Part shown: positions 11,850 to 25,076 of the stretch, piece after piece | Layout: the number at the start of each line of letters is the position of its first letter | Position numbering within the stretch: the first letter of the stretch is position 1 | Source of the DNA: Prorocentrum cordatum | Taxonomy: Eukaryota | Assembly (NCBI GenBank): GCA_963575745.1 | Contig: CAUYUJ010000142.1 | Location: 1-64,000 of the forward strand | Reading direction: 5' to 3' | DNA length: 64,000 nt | The notes under the pieces: model-generated | Told to the model about the DNA's origin: nothing | Database searches by the model: none | Seen by the model: the letters and a program-made list of their open reading frames with translations, nothing else | Translations under genes and position numbers: made by a program

Positions 11850-14055
11850 AATTCTTCCGATGCGTGGAACCCAAGAGGTCTGGACCAGTTCTCTAGGACC
11901 CGCTTTTCATCCTGAGTCGTTTCTGACAGTCCCTGGGCCATCTGAGTAGGGAACCTGGAGGCCGAAAACGGCCAAAAACCGGCCGCTCCAATTTTTGTCA
12001 GAGCATGAGATATCTGGGCTGGCCTCTTCTGCAGGTCTCTGGAGCCTTGCTTCCTCCTGGGTCAAGCTCGATCCCTCCTGAGGGGCCCAGGCCCGGGACC
12101 AGCTTAAGTGTCGTCGTCGTCGGTGTCCACGGTCGAGACACGAAGCCACAAAGAAACACCGTGAGCTAGTAGGGCCCACTTTCGCTACACTCGACCCTCG
12201 GCAAGCCTCTCCTCGGTCCAGGGCCCAGCCCCAAAGCCGACTGGCCCAGTGCCGAAGCCAGACCGACCGGCCTGGCCCGACAGGCCAGAAATTGCCGCCC
12301 CAGACATAACCGCGCTGTGAAAAGATCTGGACGGGCACGTGTTTCGTTACTTTCGGCCCCAGGGGGCCCTCGCCGAGCCCCAGGACCGTCAAAAAACGAC
12401 TCGGGATGAAAAACCGACCCCGAGGAGAAGGTCTGAACTTCCAGGGACGCCGCACTGAAAAAATCATGACGTCGCATGTCCGGGGCAGCCCCCCTCCGTG
12501 AACGCTCTTCAAAAAACGCCCCTCGGGGCGCACCCGGCACGGGACCCGACCAGCCCAGACCAGCGATGCCGACGCTTCGCAGACCGACCGGCCCAGACAG
12601 CGCAGCGCTGGAGACCGGACCAACCAGCCCCGGAAGAGGCTTGCACCCTTCCACGGCCCACGGCGTCCCCAGCCATCCCGCGCTCCAATTTCTGCTGGTG
12701 CGTGGACCCCGGAGGTCTGGACCCCTCCCCCAGAGCCCGCTCTTCGTCCCGAGGCGTTGCTCGACGGTCCCCAAGGGCTCCGTGGAGGGCCCCACGAAGC
12801 CGAAAACACCCCAAAACTGGCCGCCCACGACCGCCAAGAGACCCCCAAGACGTCCCAAGACGCCCAAGAGTTACCCCAAGAGGCCCCGAGAAGCATCCTA
12901 GAGACCTCTGGATCTTTTGCTTGCACTCCTCCCCCTCCTCCTTCCTCCTCCCATCCCTTCTCGTCCTCCTCCTCCCCCTCCGCCTCCTCCCAATGTTCTC
13001 GGAGCCTCCGAACTATGGGACCGCTGGGGACGCTCTGGCCCGGGCCAGTCCAAACCCGGGTCGGCCCGGGCCCTGTCGCAAAGCCCAGCCGACCGCTCAG
13101 CAGCTCCCAAGCCGAGGCCAGGGGAGGGCAGACAGGTGGCTCCCTCCTCCTCCTCCTCCTCCTCCTCCTCCTCCTCATCCTCCTCCTCCTCCTCCTCCTC
13201 ATCCTGCTCCTCCTCCTCCTCTTTCACCTCCTCCTCCTCCTCCTCCTCCTCCTCCTCCTCTTCCTCCTGCTTCTCCTCCTCGTCCTTCTCCTCCTCCACC
13301 TCCTCCTCCTCCACCTCCTCCTCCTCCTCCTCTCCCTGCTCCTCCACCTCCTCCTCCTCCACCTCCTGCTCCTCCTCCTCCTCCTCCTCCCCGGGTCAGC
13401 CGGAGGGGATTACCTGACCCCCGTTTGCACTGACCCCGAGTACGTGAGCTCCGACACTGCGTGACTGCCTCGCGCCAGGCAGTCGAAGCAAGCGGGGGCG
13501 AAGCCTGCGGCTCGCAGCGGGGCATCCCGGGCTTCTTCGGGCGGGAGGGCGGGCCGAGCTGGACACTCGAGCTGAGGCCAGCGTGCAGCAGAACGGGCGC
13601 AGGGCGTGGAGGAATCAGGAAACCCAGAGATCCGAGGATCAGGGAACCCGAGGAAGCCCGAGGATCAGAAATCCTCCCCCTCCTCCTCCTCCTTCTCCTC
13701 CTCCTCCTCCTCCTCCTCCTCCTCCTTCTCCTCCTCCTGCTGGACGAGAGGCGCTTGAGGGGCGAAGATGGGGGGGCACATGCGTGCAAGTGGTTTCGGC
13801 CCCGCCGCCACCAGAAATGCGACGCTCCGAAAAAATTGGAACGCACGATTCTGGCCCCTGTTAGGATATACACCACTCCTGGGCCCAGGATTGCCTAGGC
13901 CCGGGGCAGTGGATACGTGTAGATCTCGTCGCCCTACGTGTTCGGCTTCCGCCAGCCCTCAGCGGGCCCTGGTACCGTCAAAAAAAAACTACTCAGGAAA
14001 AAACATCGGCACTGGCGGAATGGTCCAGACCTCCGAGGTCCACGCGTCAAAAAAG
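11850..14055. repeat. Dispersed ~90-bp repeat in both orientations (possible degenerate TIR elements), with internal (CCT)n tracts
   Basis: gcgtgga..c..gaggtctggacc at ~11861 and ~12700; the reverse complement ggtccagacctccgaggtccacgc at ~14022; a related inverted copy at ~12375-12460. CCT tracts at 13140-13390 and 13670-13740. Confidence 0.6.
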
Positions 14056-15904
14056 GTGAAAGCTGGATGTCTAGGAGGGGGGGCGCGATTCCGAACATTA
14101 CAAAGCCCATGTCGCTCTCTTGCGAAATGAAAGCACAAGTCGGACGTGCCTGTCTACAACCCCCTGGATTAAAGTCAACCCGTATAGTAAGGATGCGCGA
14201 TAAGGATGCAAGGGGCCTTAGACGTCCATTTCGAAGCTTTTCAAGCGGGGCGCGGCCAACGGAAGTGGGCAATAATGAACCGAGGAGACATGGATGCAAG
14301 GGTACCCTTCAGACGGTTGCATGCGGGTTGACTGTAACAAATCCGGACCGCTGAGGTCGAGGAAGAAGCATTGAGCGGTTCCCGTTAAGCCGAAGGGCCC
14401 CAATTCGGTGTTGAAGAGACCTATTTGGCGATCGCCAGGTCCATCCATCCCCTCTTTGAATATGATACTTGCCGAAAGGGGAAAGGACCAGAATGTCGCA
14501 TTTCGGCAAATGCTTCCGCCGAAAAACTGTCCAGTCCCCTTTGCAGGCAACGGGACGATTTCCGATGGAACCCGATTGTGGCAATTTCGCGTAGGACTTC
14601 TTCACAAAAACTACCCGGTCCTTTCTTACGCCAGCAGACAGTGGCGATTTCGCTTGGGACGCCCTCAACACAGTGTTCGGAACCTTCTACATGCCGCCAG
14701 GTGGCGATTTCGCGTGGGACTTCCCCACAACCGTGTGTCTTGCCACCACGTCGTGCTGCCAGAGAATTTACACTTGACGTGAGAACTCTCTCGAGCACGT
14801 TTCTGGCCCCACCTCACGCCGCCAGTGCGCCGATCGGAGAGCGAGGCTGCAGGGCGCCTTGGAGCGCAGATCCGGACGTCTTTAGCCAGGGGGCGGCAGG
14901 GCCGTCTGCACGGGGGCACGCAACCTCTGACTGGAAACTGCCATCCATTCGTCTGGAGTGGTATTGCCCACACGCTAGGGCCGCGGCGCGAGGATGCGAC
15001 GAGCTGTTACACGGAGAGGGGAAACAGATAGTGGGAGTGGGAGCAGGGGAGGGGCAAGTCACGAGGTCGTGAGCCTGTATGGGAACTAGGGAAGGAAAAC
15101 AAGCATAGCCAGGGCGAAGCGAAAGTAAAGCGAGGGGCCTGGGTAACTCAGAAAGATCGCAACTGCAGACGAGGAAGCAAGACCCGAAGCATTATATATC
15201 TTCCGCACAATTTGCCCCGTCTATCCTACACAGCGGGACATTCACGTCGAGAAGCTTGGGTAAACGGCATGATTGCGTAAAGCTCCAACATGTTCCTGAT
15301 CATTGCATCGCATGGTGTTACCCGCGACACCGGCCAATGTCAATCAACAAATTTGGCAGACGGCTCATACTGCATTCCAGTGTTGGTTTTTGCACCACGG
15401 CAACCTGCTTTGTACCGTGTTGCACGCAAACATACCCATGGATGGCTGTGATAATGTTTATTGACTATGCTGCATTGATTCTGCACACCCGACTAAACTT
15501 TCCAACGACTCTATGCGGCATTGCTTCCAAAATGCGTACATCACTAGCTTGCCAGTTGATCAAGAAATCTTTAAAGGCATTTTGACTGAAGACCTACTGC
15601 AACACGGAACCAGAGGAGTCACTATGCCAAGTGTCGCTGCTCCAGGGCACGACAGCCGAGCGCACGGACCTGGTCGAGCTCCCCCTCCCACAGCCCAAAC
15701 GCCCGAAATACCTCCCCCCCCCTCCCAGATCGGCCATGCCCCAGCTGCTGCATGCCGCTTGCACGTTTGCGGTCGCAGGCGGCGGCTCTGGGGCTGGGCG
15801 AAGCGCCGCATGCTCCTCGAGACCAACGCGCCTCCCAGGCAACACACCGCGCGGCAGTGCAGCCGATCACACGGCCGATCAATGGCGAGAAAAATGGCGC
15901 AAAA

Positions 15905-16170
15905 TTACCATGCCAAACTGGCGGCGACCGGATCCAGGGTCGCTCTCTGCGAGCGCACAGGGTAGAACGTCTGAATCGCCCCGGTGGGAATGGACTCGAG
16001 CGCCAGATAGGCTACCCCGTCGAGGTTCTCGCACAGGTCAGGGGCGCCCGTCCCGTCGGCGTCGAGAAACCCGAGCAGCTCCACGAGCTGGCGGGACTCC
16101 ACGACGTCCTGGACCTCGCGCGACATGCTGGCGCTCGCTTGGTGGGCGCCTCCTTCGCCTCCACCCACGC
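15905..16170 (-). pseudogene. Isolated exon or relic with an EF-hand-like loop
   Basis: ELLGFLDADGTGAPDLCENLDGV has DxDGxG spacing with Glu at loop position 12 (16028-16063). No neighbouring exons were identified. Confidence 0.4.
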
Positions 16171-16399
16171 ATCTGTGATATTCAGCTCTTGGAAACACAT
16201 GCGTGCACATTTTTCGCCCGAGTGACGTGCCTCAGCCTCTGCCCGAAGCAATGCGCTCGCACGGTCTCCGCGAGGGCGTTTATCAGAGCATGCCTGCCGG
16301 GCTTTACCGAACCGGGCCCCTGACCAAAACCATTATGCAAATGGGGATCGCCCGTAGCCGCTACGCCCCCGCGTGCTCCTCCGATGCCCGGCGGTCAAA

Positions 16400-16495
16400 C
16401 TGGGCGTCGGGCTGGGCGCACGGCTGGGCGTCGGGCTGGGATTCGGGCTGAGCGTCGGGCTGGGCGTCGGGCTGGGCGTCGGGCTGGGCGCCGGG
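16400..16495. repeat. 12-bp tandem repeat (TGGGCGTCGGGC)n
   Basis: About 8 copies visible. Confidence 0.9.
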
Positions 16496-16559
16496 TTTAC
16501 CTCGAAAAATCTTCAGGAAACTGAATGGCATCAGAACACTACGTCCTAGGATACACTAT

Positions 16560-18500
16560 GTGTAATTATTTGTCCCCTTGTACCTCATCTCGCTTATCTG
16601 CTGCCTTCACATTAATGCATGCGATCATTTCGCATCGATTGGTCCACAAAATGTTATTTGGCAACTGCCTGTAGCGCACACAGTCTTCATAAAACTGACT
16701 TCCATCCGAAAATTACGCCAGATTAAACATACGTTGAATTTGCGAGGCATGTGCAGCCTGATGTCGGGCCTATCCTGCCTCCAGACGGACGCATTTGATC
16801 ATTTCATATCGATTCATCCGCATATTTCCTTGGGCAACGGCTTGCAGCTCACGCAATCTTCCGAAAATTCACGTCCATCAGCAAAAATGCAGTCGCAGTT
16901 GTGGTTGCAGACCGATCTAAGGCGTCTAGATACTGTAGACTAGCGCTCCTGATCATTCCCTGTCGATCGGCGTGCATCTCAGCTCCGTAGCTCGCCTAGA
17001 GCTCGAATACAAAAACAAAAAAAAAACGTATCTCAAAAACTTGCAGAGTGCGAATAGTTGTTCAATCACAGCTCTGGTAACAGACCGATCTTAGACGTCT
17101 CGATACTGTAGACTAACGCTCCTGATCACTTCCTGTGAGAAGATGTGCATCTCAGCACACTAGAGCTTCCTGCCATAGACATATATATATACTTGTATAT
17201 GTATGTATATATACACATATGTATAGCATGCGAGCGTGGCAATCCTGCATTCAGCGTGCGCGAGGATGCGAGGTTTCATGGACATGTGCTTGACAGCTCC
17301 TCAGCTTGCGCACAGCTCGAATTCAGTTGAGACAACCACCCGCGCAAGAAAGCACACGACTCAAGTTGAACAGATGTTCGAAGAAAACCTGCCAATGTTG
17401 AGAAGCTCTCGCCACGTGTAGAGCATGATCAATTCATATCGAATGATGTGTTTGACAGCTTGGTAGCTGTTTGCAGAGTGCAGCAAGTTTTTTCGGTCGC
17501 AGCTCTGGTAGCAGACCGATCTCAGACGTCTCGATACTCCAGACTAGCGCTCCTAATCTTTTCCGTTCGCATGGTGCGCCCCCCAGCTCCGTAGATCGCC
17601 TACAGCTCGAATTTAACAAAGAACACCAAGACCAACTCTCAAAAATTTGAATTGAAAAGTGCAAATAATTTGTCGGTCGCAAATCTGGTAGCAGACCGGT
17701 CTGAGGCGTCTAGATACAGTAGACTAGCGCTCCTGATCATTTCCCGTCGATTGGTGTGAATCTCAGCTCCGTAGCTCGCCCCCAGCTCGAATTAAATAGA
17801 GACAACAAGCACCACCTCTCAAAAAAGTTGCGGAGTGCGAATAATTTTAAAGTCGCAGCTCTGGTAGCAGACCGATCTCAGACGTCTCGACACTGCAGAC
17901 CAACGCTCCTGATCATTTCCTGTCGGGCGGTGTGCATCTCAGCACCGTCGCTAGTTAAGTAGAGGAACCCAACATTGTCATCCAAAAAGTTGCAGAGCGC
18001 GAACAGTCATTCACTCGCAGCCCGGGCAGCAGACTGATTTCAGGCGTCCCCATACTCTGGACTATAGCTCCTGATCATGTCCTGTCAGTTGGTGCGCATT
18101 TCAAGTCTGTGGCTTGCCTACAGCTCCATAAGTAGAGAAAATCGACCTCGCCTCTGAAAAAAAAATACAGAGTGCGAATAGCTTTTCGGTCGCAGTTCTC
18201 GTAGCAGACATATTGCAGGCACCTCGATACTTAAGACTAGAACTCCTGAACACTTCCTGTCGAAAGGTGCGCAGTTCGTCTCTAAGTGGCAGCTCGAGTT
18301 ATCTCCCAAAGGTTATCAGGAGGACCCAAAGATAACAAAAAAACAAATGCCGCCCATCGTTTTTTGTTATAATATCCACCCGATTGACCTGAGATCAAGA
18401 TGGCGAGCGGGAGTAAGATCCGAAATGGGTGCAAAAAACACCAAACTGATTGTTGGAAAATCGGAAAGGAAATTTTCAACCGAGCCCTCCCCAGCAAGAC
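16560..18500 (-). mobile_element. Old, diverged HINE-like element(s) with ~175-bp internal repeats
   Basis: Recurrent gcagaccgatct.agacgtct.gatactgtagactagcgctcctgatca units. The block gagatcaagatggcgagcggga at ~18390 also follows the arrays in younger copies. Confidence 0.7.
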
Positions 18501-18530
18501 TGGAAGTCGGCGGCAAACCGTCCACCTTTG

Positions 18531-19852
18531 TTATTTTCTTTGCGCAGAGCCACGGGCCTGAGTCCAGGCCCGCTCGGGCCACAGCCACGCGCGGAGGGGG
18601 GCAGCGAAGCCTGGGGCTTGAAGCACCGCCAAAACACCCTGGGCCAGGTGCTTTGCAGCTCATAGCCCGGCTTGAGTTATCGGCGGCATCACATCACCAG
18701 TAGGAGGGGGCTTACTGATGAGCATTAGAGGCGAGGAGGTAGAGCAGGTTGCACAAACAAATCAAGTACCAAGCCACCGCCACAACCATCGGAACTGAAG
18801 TCATCGTCAAAGTAAACGCGGATTCCTCTGATGGTCCCGCATGCCGTGGCATAGTGACTCTGGCCCCTGCGGGCCAGCCATGTCGAATCATCAGCTCGTA
18901 CTTCCTTCGCGGTAGAACCATGCAACAAGATCACAACCATGGTATGGGGCCCTCAACTGTACATACTGGATTGCGGCAATCATCGTCGCATGCACATCGG
19001 TCGTACCCTGGAATATACCGTTGGCCCAGTTGCACACAAGAAGTGAGTCCCCGAGAATCTCCAGAAGCATCCCAAGGGCAACATGGTTCCAAGTCGTCTA
19101 GTGGTCGTCGTTATACTGCAATCGCTTTGATACCCTCTCTTTCTTCGCCTCCTTGTTCCGTCTGCTGACCTCCTCAGTCACGTCCTCCTTCTCCTCGCTC
19201 CAAGACCCTTTGGGATCCTTCAAGACAAAGTACTCCAGGAAATGTGTGAACTCCCAGACGCCTGAGACCACCCACGCAAACTGCTCCCAGGCATCCTCAT
19301 CCCACAGCAAGTTACAATACCAGTACGCCACTCCCACCAATTCAAACAGAAGGGTCCACGGTCTGAACCCCACAGAAGATGATTTTGCGGGGTATCATCG
19401 AGGAGCCTATTGGGGCTCTCTCGAGTCGTCGTAGTCTGGACGCGTTGTCCTTTTTTCTGAGCCCGCTCGCGCATCTGCCGGATCAGCTGCGGTTTGATTA
19501 AGCCCGAAGCAGGTGTCGACTGAGACCCACACCCAGGCACATCTGGGTCCGCGCACAAAGAAACATCAGCCTGCACCCATTGGGACTTCAGCCGAAGTAG
19601 AGGCCAATACGTTCTGAGAGCATCGTTGCGTTGCAGTACAGATATCCTTGGCTCAGGACCACTGACAAAACAAGACGAGCCAGGGCAAGGACGGCACGCC
19701 CAACATCTTCAGTGCAGCACGCGCCTGGCGACACACCCGATGCACGAAGGTAGTCCGATCCTCCTCTGGGCCCTTTCGCCCCCGCAGCATCTTCGCTAGA
19801 AGCCCCCCATCGCATCTGCGCAAAGCCCCAAAGCTTCTCTCATCCGCAGTCA
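18531..19852 (-). mobile_element. LINE-D: decayed 3' fragment of the same non-LTR retrotransposon group
   Basis: Broken frames give LRRCDGGLLAKMLRGRK (compare FEGMCLLRMSGRRK), ILGDSLLVCNWANG, FYREG..RADD and FDDDFSSDGCGGG. The 3' end abuts a half hairpin at 18500-18530. The 5' side is cut by a HINE end at 19853. Confidence 0.8.
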
Positions 19853-20813
19853 CTGGAAGCCGGCGGTAAACTGTCAACCTTGGTTAGGAGGAAGAGGAGG
19901 AGCAGGAGGGGGACAAGGAGGGAAAAGATCAAGAAAGGCATCGTCATCTCTGAAAGTAATAGTAGAGTATGAATAATTGTCTGGCTCCAACGCTGGGAGC
20001 GTCACGAGTTCGGGCATCTGGATACTTGAGACTAGCGCGTCTGATCATTTCCTCCCCATTGATGTGCCAAGCAGCTCTGCAGCTCATCTGCAGCTCGAGT
20101 TATCTCAAGCAAGATACCACGATCTCTCAAAAATAGCTCTGGTAGCAGACCGAGTTTGGGCGTCTAGATACTTTGAACTAGTGCTTCTGATTATTGAATT
20201 TCGACCGTTGTGACAAACAGCTCTGCAGCTCATATTCAGCTTCAGTTCAGTCCAGAGAACCATCACAATATGAAGAAAACGATTACGAATAGATGTTCGC
20301 ATCCAGCTTTGGTAGCAGACCGAGTTCAGAAATCTAGATACTGTCGACTAGCGCGCCTGATGATAGTTTGCTGTGCCAAAAAGCTTTGTAGCTCATCTGC
20401 AACACGAATTAAGTCAAGATGCTCATCATTCTCCAAAAAAACAGCAGAGTACGAATAGTTTCGCGGACCCAGCTCTGGTGGCAGACCGAGTTCAGAGATC
20501 TGGATACTTGGGACGAACGCACCTGTTGACTCTAGAAGCTTCAGGTGTGCCTGCCAGCTCTGTAGCTATTCTACAGCTCGAATTAAGTTAAGATACCGAC
20601 AGCACGTTTCAAGATGACACTAAACAGCCGATCCCGCCACAATGCTTTTTCGCAGAAATACGCGCCCGATCGACCAGAGATTGAGATGGCGGCGGATAGC
20701 AAGATCTAATGTGGAAAAAGAAATACTGGAGCTCTAACGAACGTTGAAATTTCGAGAAATCAGATTTAAACCGAACAAGATTATGCAAACTTCCGTCGAG
20801 ATTTCTTTGCCAG
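19853..20813 (-). mobile_element. Diverged HINE-like element with ~176-bp repeats
   Basis: Begins ctggaagccggcggtaaactgtcaacc. The body resembles 26800-27200. Confidence 0.7.
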
Positions 20814-20921
20814 CTGGGAGCCGGCGGTGGACCGTCAACCTTGGTTTTTTTTGCGGTTTGCGGTCCGCCACTAGAATCCGAATCCGAATCGGCGGAGCAG
20901 TGCAACTGAGCCCCCACCTTC

Positions 20922-23900
20922 TTAGGTAGGTCGCAGCAGAGCGCACGCCACCTTAGCAGCAGCTCTCGTCAGGGCAGCGCAGGCAGCTAGTTCACAGCAG
21001 GTTACCGTGCTACCTGGAGGCAAGCTCATCGCCTCCTCGGCCACATCGTGCCAGTGGAAGCTCTGCGAGCTGATGCAGGAGGAAGAGGAGGAGGAGGAGG
21101 AGGAGGAGGAGGAGATGGGAAAATCAACCTGCACGCTGGAACCACTACCTAATACGCCAATCTGAAGCCACCACCCGCCTCCACATCCTTCATTACTGAC
21201 ACCCCCATCGAATGCACCACGGAGAGCAGTCTTACGAGTACTGAGGAACTGATCATATGCAAACCAGCGAGTAATAGTTTGGCCACCTCGGGCCTCCCAC
21301 GACAATCTATCCGCACGCTCACTACCCTCACGAAAGAAATGTTTATACAAATTCTGTCCCGATGCAGGTGAGGTCAGTCCCCATCCAGACAACATCGATA
21401 GAGTATTTTGCAGTACTCCCAGCAGTCGTACATACTGCTTGTTACGAATCTGCCACTCAGCACACATCCAGTTAACGACCGTCTTACTAACTCCCAAGAT
21501 TTTCATCCCAGAACGTTCAATACTCTCCCACCTCCACTCCGTTTCATGCTCATAATTAGCGGCAAGACGTTCGCTAATCCTCTCATTCATCTCTCTCTCC
21601 ACCTCCTCCTCCTCCGCCTTCACATACCTCACACCAGGTGGCCTGGGTAAAACAAATAACTCTAACAAGTGTTGCGTGCCAATCACAGTCAGCAGATGTT
21701 TGCAATATTTCTCGCGGGAGCCAGCGGAGCTGTCGAACGATAGGCACCACTCACAACCAAAGAGATCGCACAAACACCAATCCCATACAGTATGTCCACG
21801 GGCGGGGGCACCCATGTTCATGCGTGTGAGATGCTTCCTATCTTTTGAAGGCAACGCAAGAATACATGTGTCCCGATGTTCCGTCCACCTCCCCCTTCCA
21901 TGTAGCATGGTCAGCCTAGATATCATCCATTCACGTGAGATGTCCGACTCCCCGGGTATGGCAGGCTGATCACCCGTTGTCCGCCGTCGACCCCCACTCG
22001 ACATCTGGGAGATTTGGGATGCTAGAGAAGCCGCCGCCGCCGCCATCGCCCGAGTATTTATCTGACGCCGATTTGGCACCGTCTCCACATCCTCCTCAAC
22101 TGTGTGCGTTGTGTACCGCCTCATACGAATACTTGCAGCGACTGAGACATCCTTGGCCCAATCCCAACAACGAGATATCCATATCTGCACCGCACTTCGA
22201 AATCCAAGCTCAACAAACCTCTGCCGTCCAACTTTGGATCGCCTACGTTGAAACTCAGACCATCCTTCAGTTCTCCGCTTGCGTAGACCTGACATCAACG
22301 CCAGGCATCCCCCCTCAAAGAAGTGAACAGCAGCAATGGTGGAATAGTCGGGCGTTCGGCCCTCACAGTTGAATAATAATGCAGCAATCACTTTAGATTG
22401 ATAACGAGTAAATCTCTCAGCCAAATCAATACCAGAGCAGCGATAATAGGCGATTTCCCCAAAGAATACCTTCTGGGCGTTCTGGAGCATGGCCTCTGAA
22501 TCCGAGTGGTCCTTCCTGGTCTCCTCCAGAGTGGCCCCCAGGATCTCAAACGACTGAACACGCGGCAGGACCACCTCGCGGGCCCCGAGAGCAGGATCGC
22601 AAGACGGTGCAGCACACGAATATCCTGTTCGGGGGACGGCGGGATGCCAGGCGGCGCAACAAAGTAAATATACATCAAGGATTCCGGCTTCCAGGTCATT
22701 CCTGCATTCATCAGCGGGATACTCATGTCACGCACCATCAATTCGAGCTCGGAGCGAGTCTTCGCATACAATAAGAGATTATCTGCCCAGAAACTATGGG
22801 TCATACGCTCACCGTTGAACATGCGCTCATCGTTTTCCAACTTGATACCGTACTGCGTATCCTGCCTCCACCTGTCAACCACATCTCTCCAGAGTACGAT
22901 AGATACTGCTAGGAAAACCATCGGCCCCTCCACTCCTCCCGTTCGAATAGACTTGTCCCAATAGACAGCTGAAGATGCCTCGATGCCCTCGAAGCTGGCC
23001 ACACACTGATTATCAATCATGGGTTCAATCAACGCCACAATGAGATCAACTGGTATGTCAAGAGCACGAAGACAGCGCATGGCGAGGCACGGGGTAACAT
23101 TATCGAATGCTTGTAAAATATCAAGATTGGCAAGCCACAAACTGTCTCCTTTGCCCCAGACAGCGGAGTGCTGGCTGAGCCTTTTGGCAACGCTGGTGAT
23201 TTCCGATGTTTTTCGTCCCGATCTGAATCCGAACAGGCATACATAGTGTCGGTGCTTCTCAATCCTCTTCTCAATCATCATCACAATAAATGTCATGTAC
23301 CATATCATAAGACACGACTGTAGACATAGTACACGTGTATCTGTCAAGTGTTGTATGTCCATTTCCTTAGGCATGAGCGTGGCAGCTAGTTGACGCCAAC
23401 TGTCTGGGCAACATAACCTGCGGGAATACACACCATGGAAGCTCACCAGAACACGTCGGAGAGATGCCCACGAGAGCTGTTTCAACATCATGACAGTGAC
23501 GTTGTCGGGGCCTGGGGCCTTTCCCGTGGACAGCTTCGCCCTCGCCCGCAGCAGGAGCGACATCGAGAACACCTCCGAGGACCCACTTCGCAAACATAGA
23601 CCACGCAGCGACTGTAGCTCACGAAGGGTCACCTCCCTGGCCTCGGGGTCCTCAACCTTAGCCTTCATGTGCCCCAATATCTCGCCCCCCCACTCCTCGC
23701 GGTTCTGAGACTCCATCCCGTTGGCAAGGATCAGCGTATCCGTCTTGGCCCTCCTCCTCCTCCTCGTGTTCATCTCCGTCCTCCAGCCTCCCCCTTTCTC
23801 TCCTAACTATATTTGAGTACCGTTTGGCCTCCTCTCTATCCCCACGACGAAGTGCTTCGCGTTTACTTTCCTGGGCGGCCCAGTGGATCTCGGATTTCTT

Positions 23901-25076
23901 TGGTACATTATTTCTGGGATTGGTATCCTTCTGGGGGGTCTCCTCGGCGGCCTTTATGAGGTCAGGTCCTATCATGTCCAACATCTCCCGTCGATCCTCA
24001 GGGCCAGCATCTCCCTGGCACAATGCACGGTAACGACTGCCCCAATCGTCCATGTTCTTCGCAAACTCGAGCTGCGACACCGGTTGCAAGTAGATGAATT
24101 TTCGAGCAGGCTGGGTCCGTCTCTTCGCAGACGGCGCACAAGACAAGCGAACAACTAGGCAAGCGTGGTCAGACAGCGCACGCTCGCATCTGCTGCATGG
24201 GTGCTCCGTCCAGGCGTGGCCCACTTCCGCAGGCAGCATCCAGCCTACAGTGAGCTCCTGCCTGTGTAAACGACGGCTGACACCAACATAGTCAAGTACC
24301 TTCACCACCCCCGTACTTGATTTGAAAGTAACCCCCCTCTGCCCAAATGTGTTCTCCATCCTTATGCCCCAGAGCCCGCAGAAGTCCAGTAGGGCCCTCC
24401 TCATAGATTGCAGCCTAGACGCCCGTCGGATTTCGAAGCCCGAGACAACCCTATGAGGTCTTGATTTACGTGCACAACGTTTTGTTTGAGTCATATACGG
24501 GTTGCCGTCATCCGATCCTTCCTCCATCCCAGTATCCATGTCCGTAGTACCCCCAGCGATCCCAGACGCCTCCAGAAGCCCTGATCCAGTGACTCTGAAG
24601 CCGTTGACCTCCGAATCTGGCTCGAGTTCGACGTTAGCATCTGTCAAGAAGACCAGGTCCTGCGGCTGCTTCGGGAACTTAGACCTATGAGTGCGAAGCA
24701 CTTGGGATTTATCAAACAATATCTGTTCATACACATCATGTTCATGCTGTTCTTCAGTAAGGGTACGAATACTCGCATGCGGCATATATGCAACAATAAC
24801 CGTAACACTAGAATAACTACAAATCACAAAACCTTTGCCACGATATGTGGCCCTGAGCGAGTCTCTCCGAGACTTAGACCTGATCACCGCAGCCTTCCGA
24901 CAAGTACTCCGAAAAATTGTGTGACCTCGCATGTTGAGATCACGAGCTGAAAGGAACTGGCACTCGCACAACCCCGCGAGTCCCACATCTAAGCGACGTA
25001 GTGAATTAATTATGTCATGGCCGTTCTCTGCACCTGCCCGACGCACACTCCATGACGCAATGGCGTCGTGGCACCT
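20922..25076 (-). pseudogene. LINE-A ORF2 (APE-RT-RNase H), broken by two frameshifts
   Basis: APE motifs: IASWSV, LCEC, AYMP, TDANVEL, LDY, SDH. RT motifs: KAPGPD, LDILQAFDNV, SIRTGG, WADN. RNase H motifs lie in 20922-21500. Frame changes near 23765 and 22580. Confidence 0.9.
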
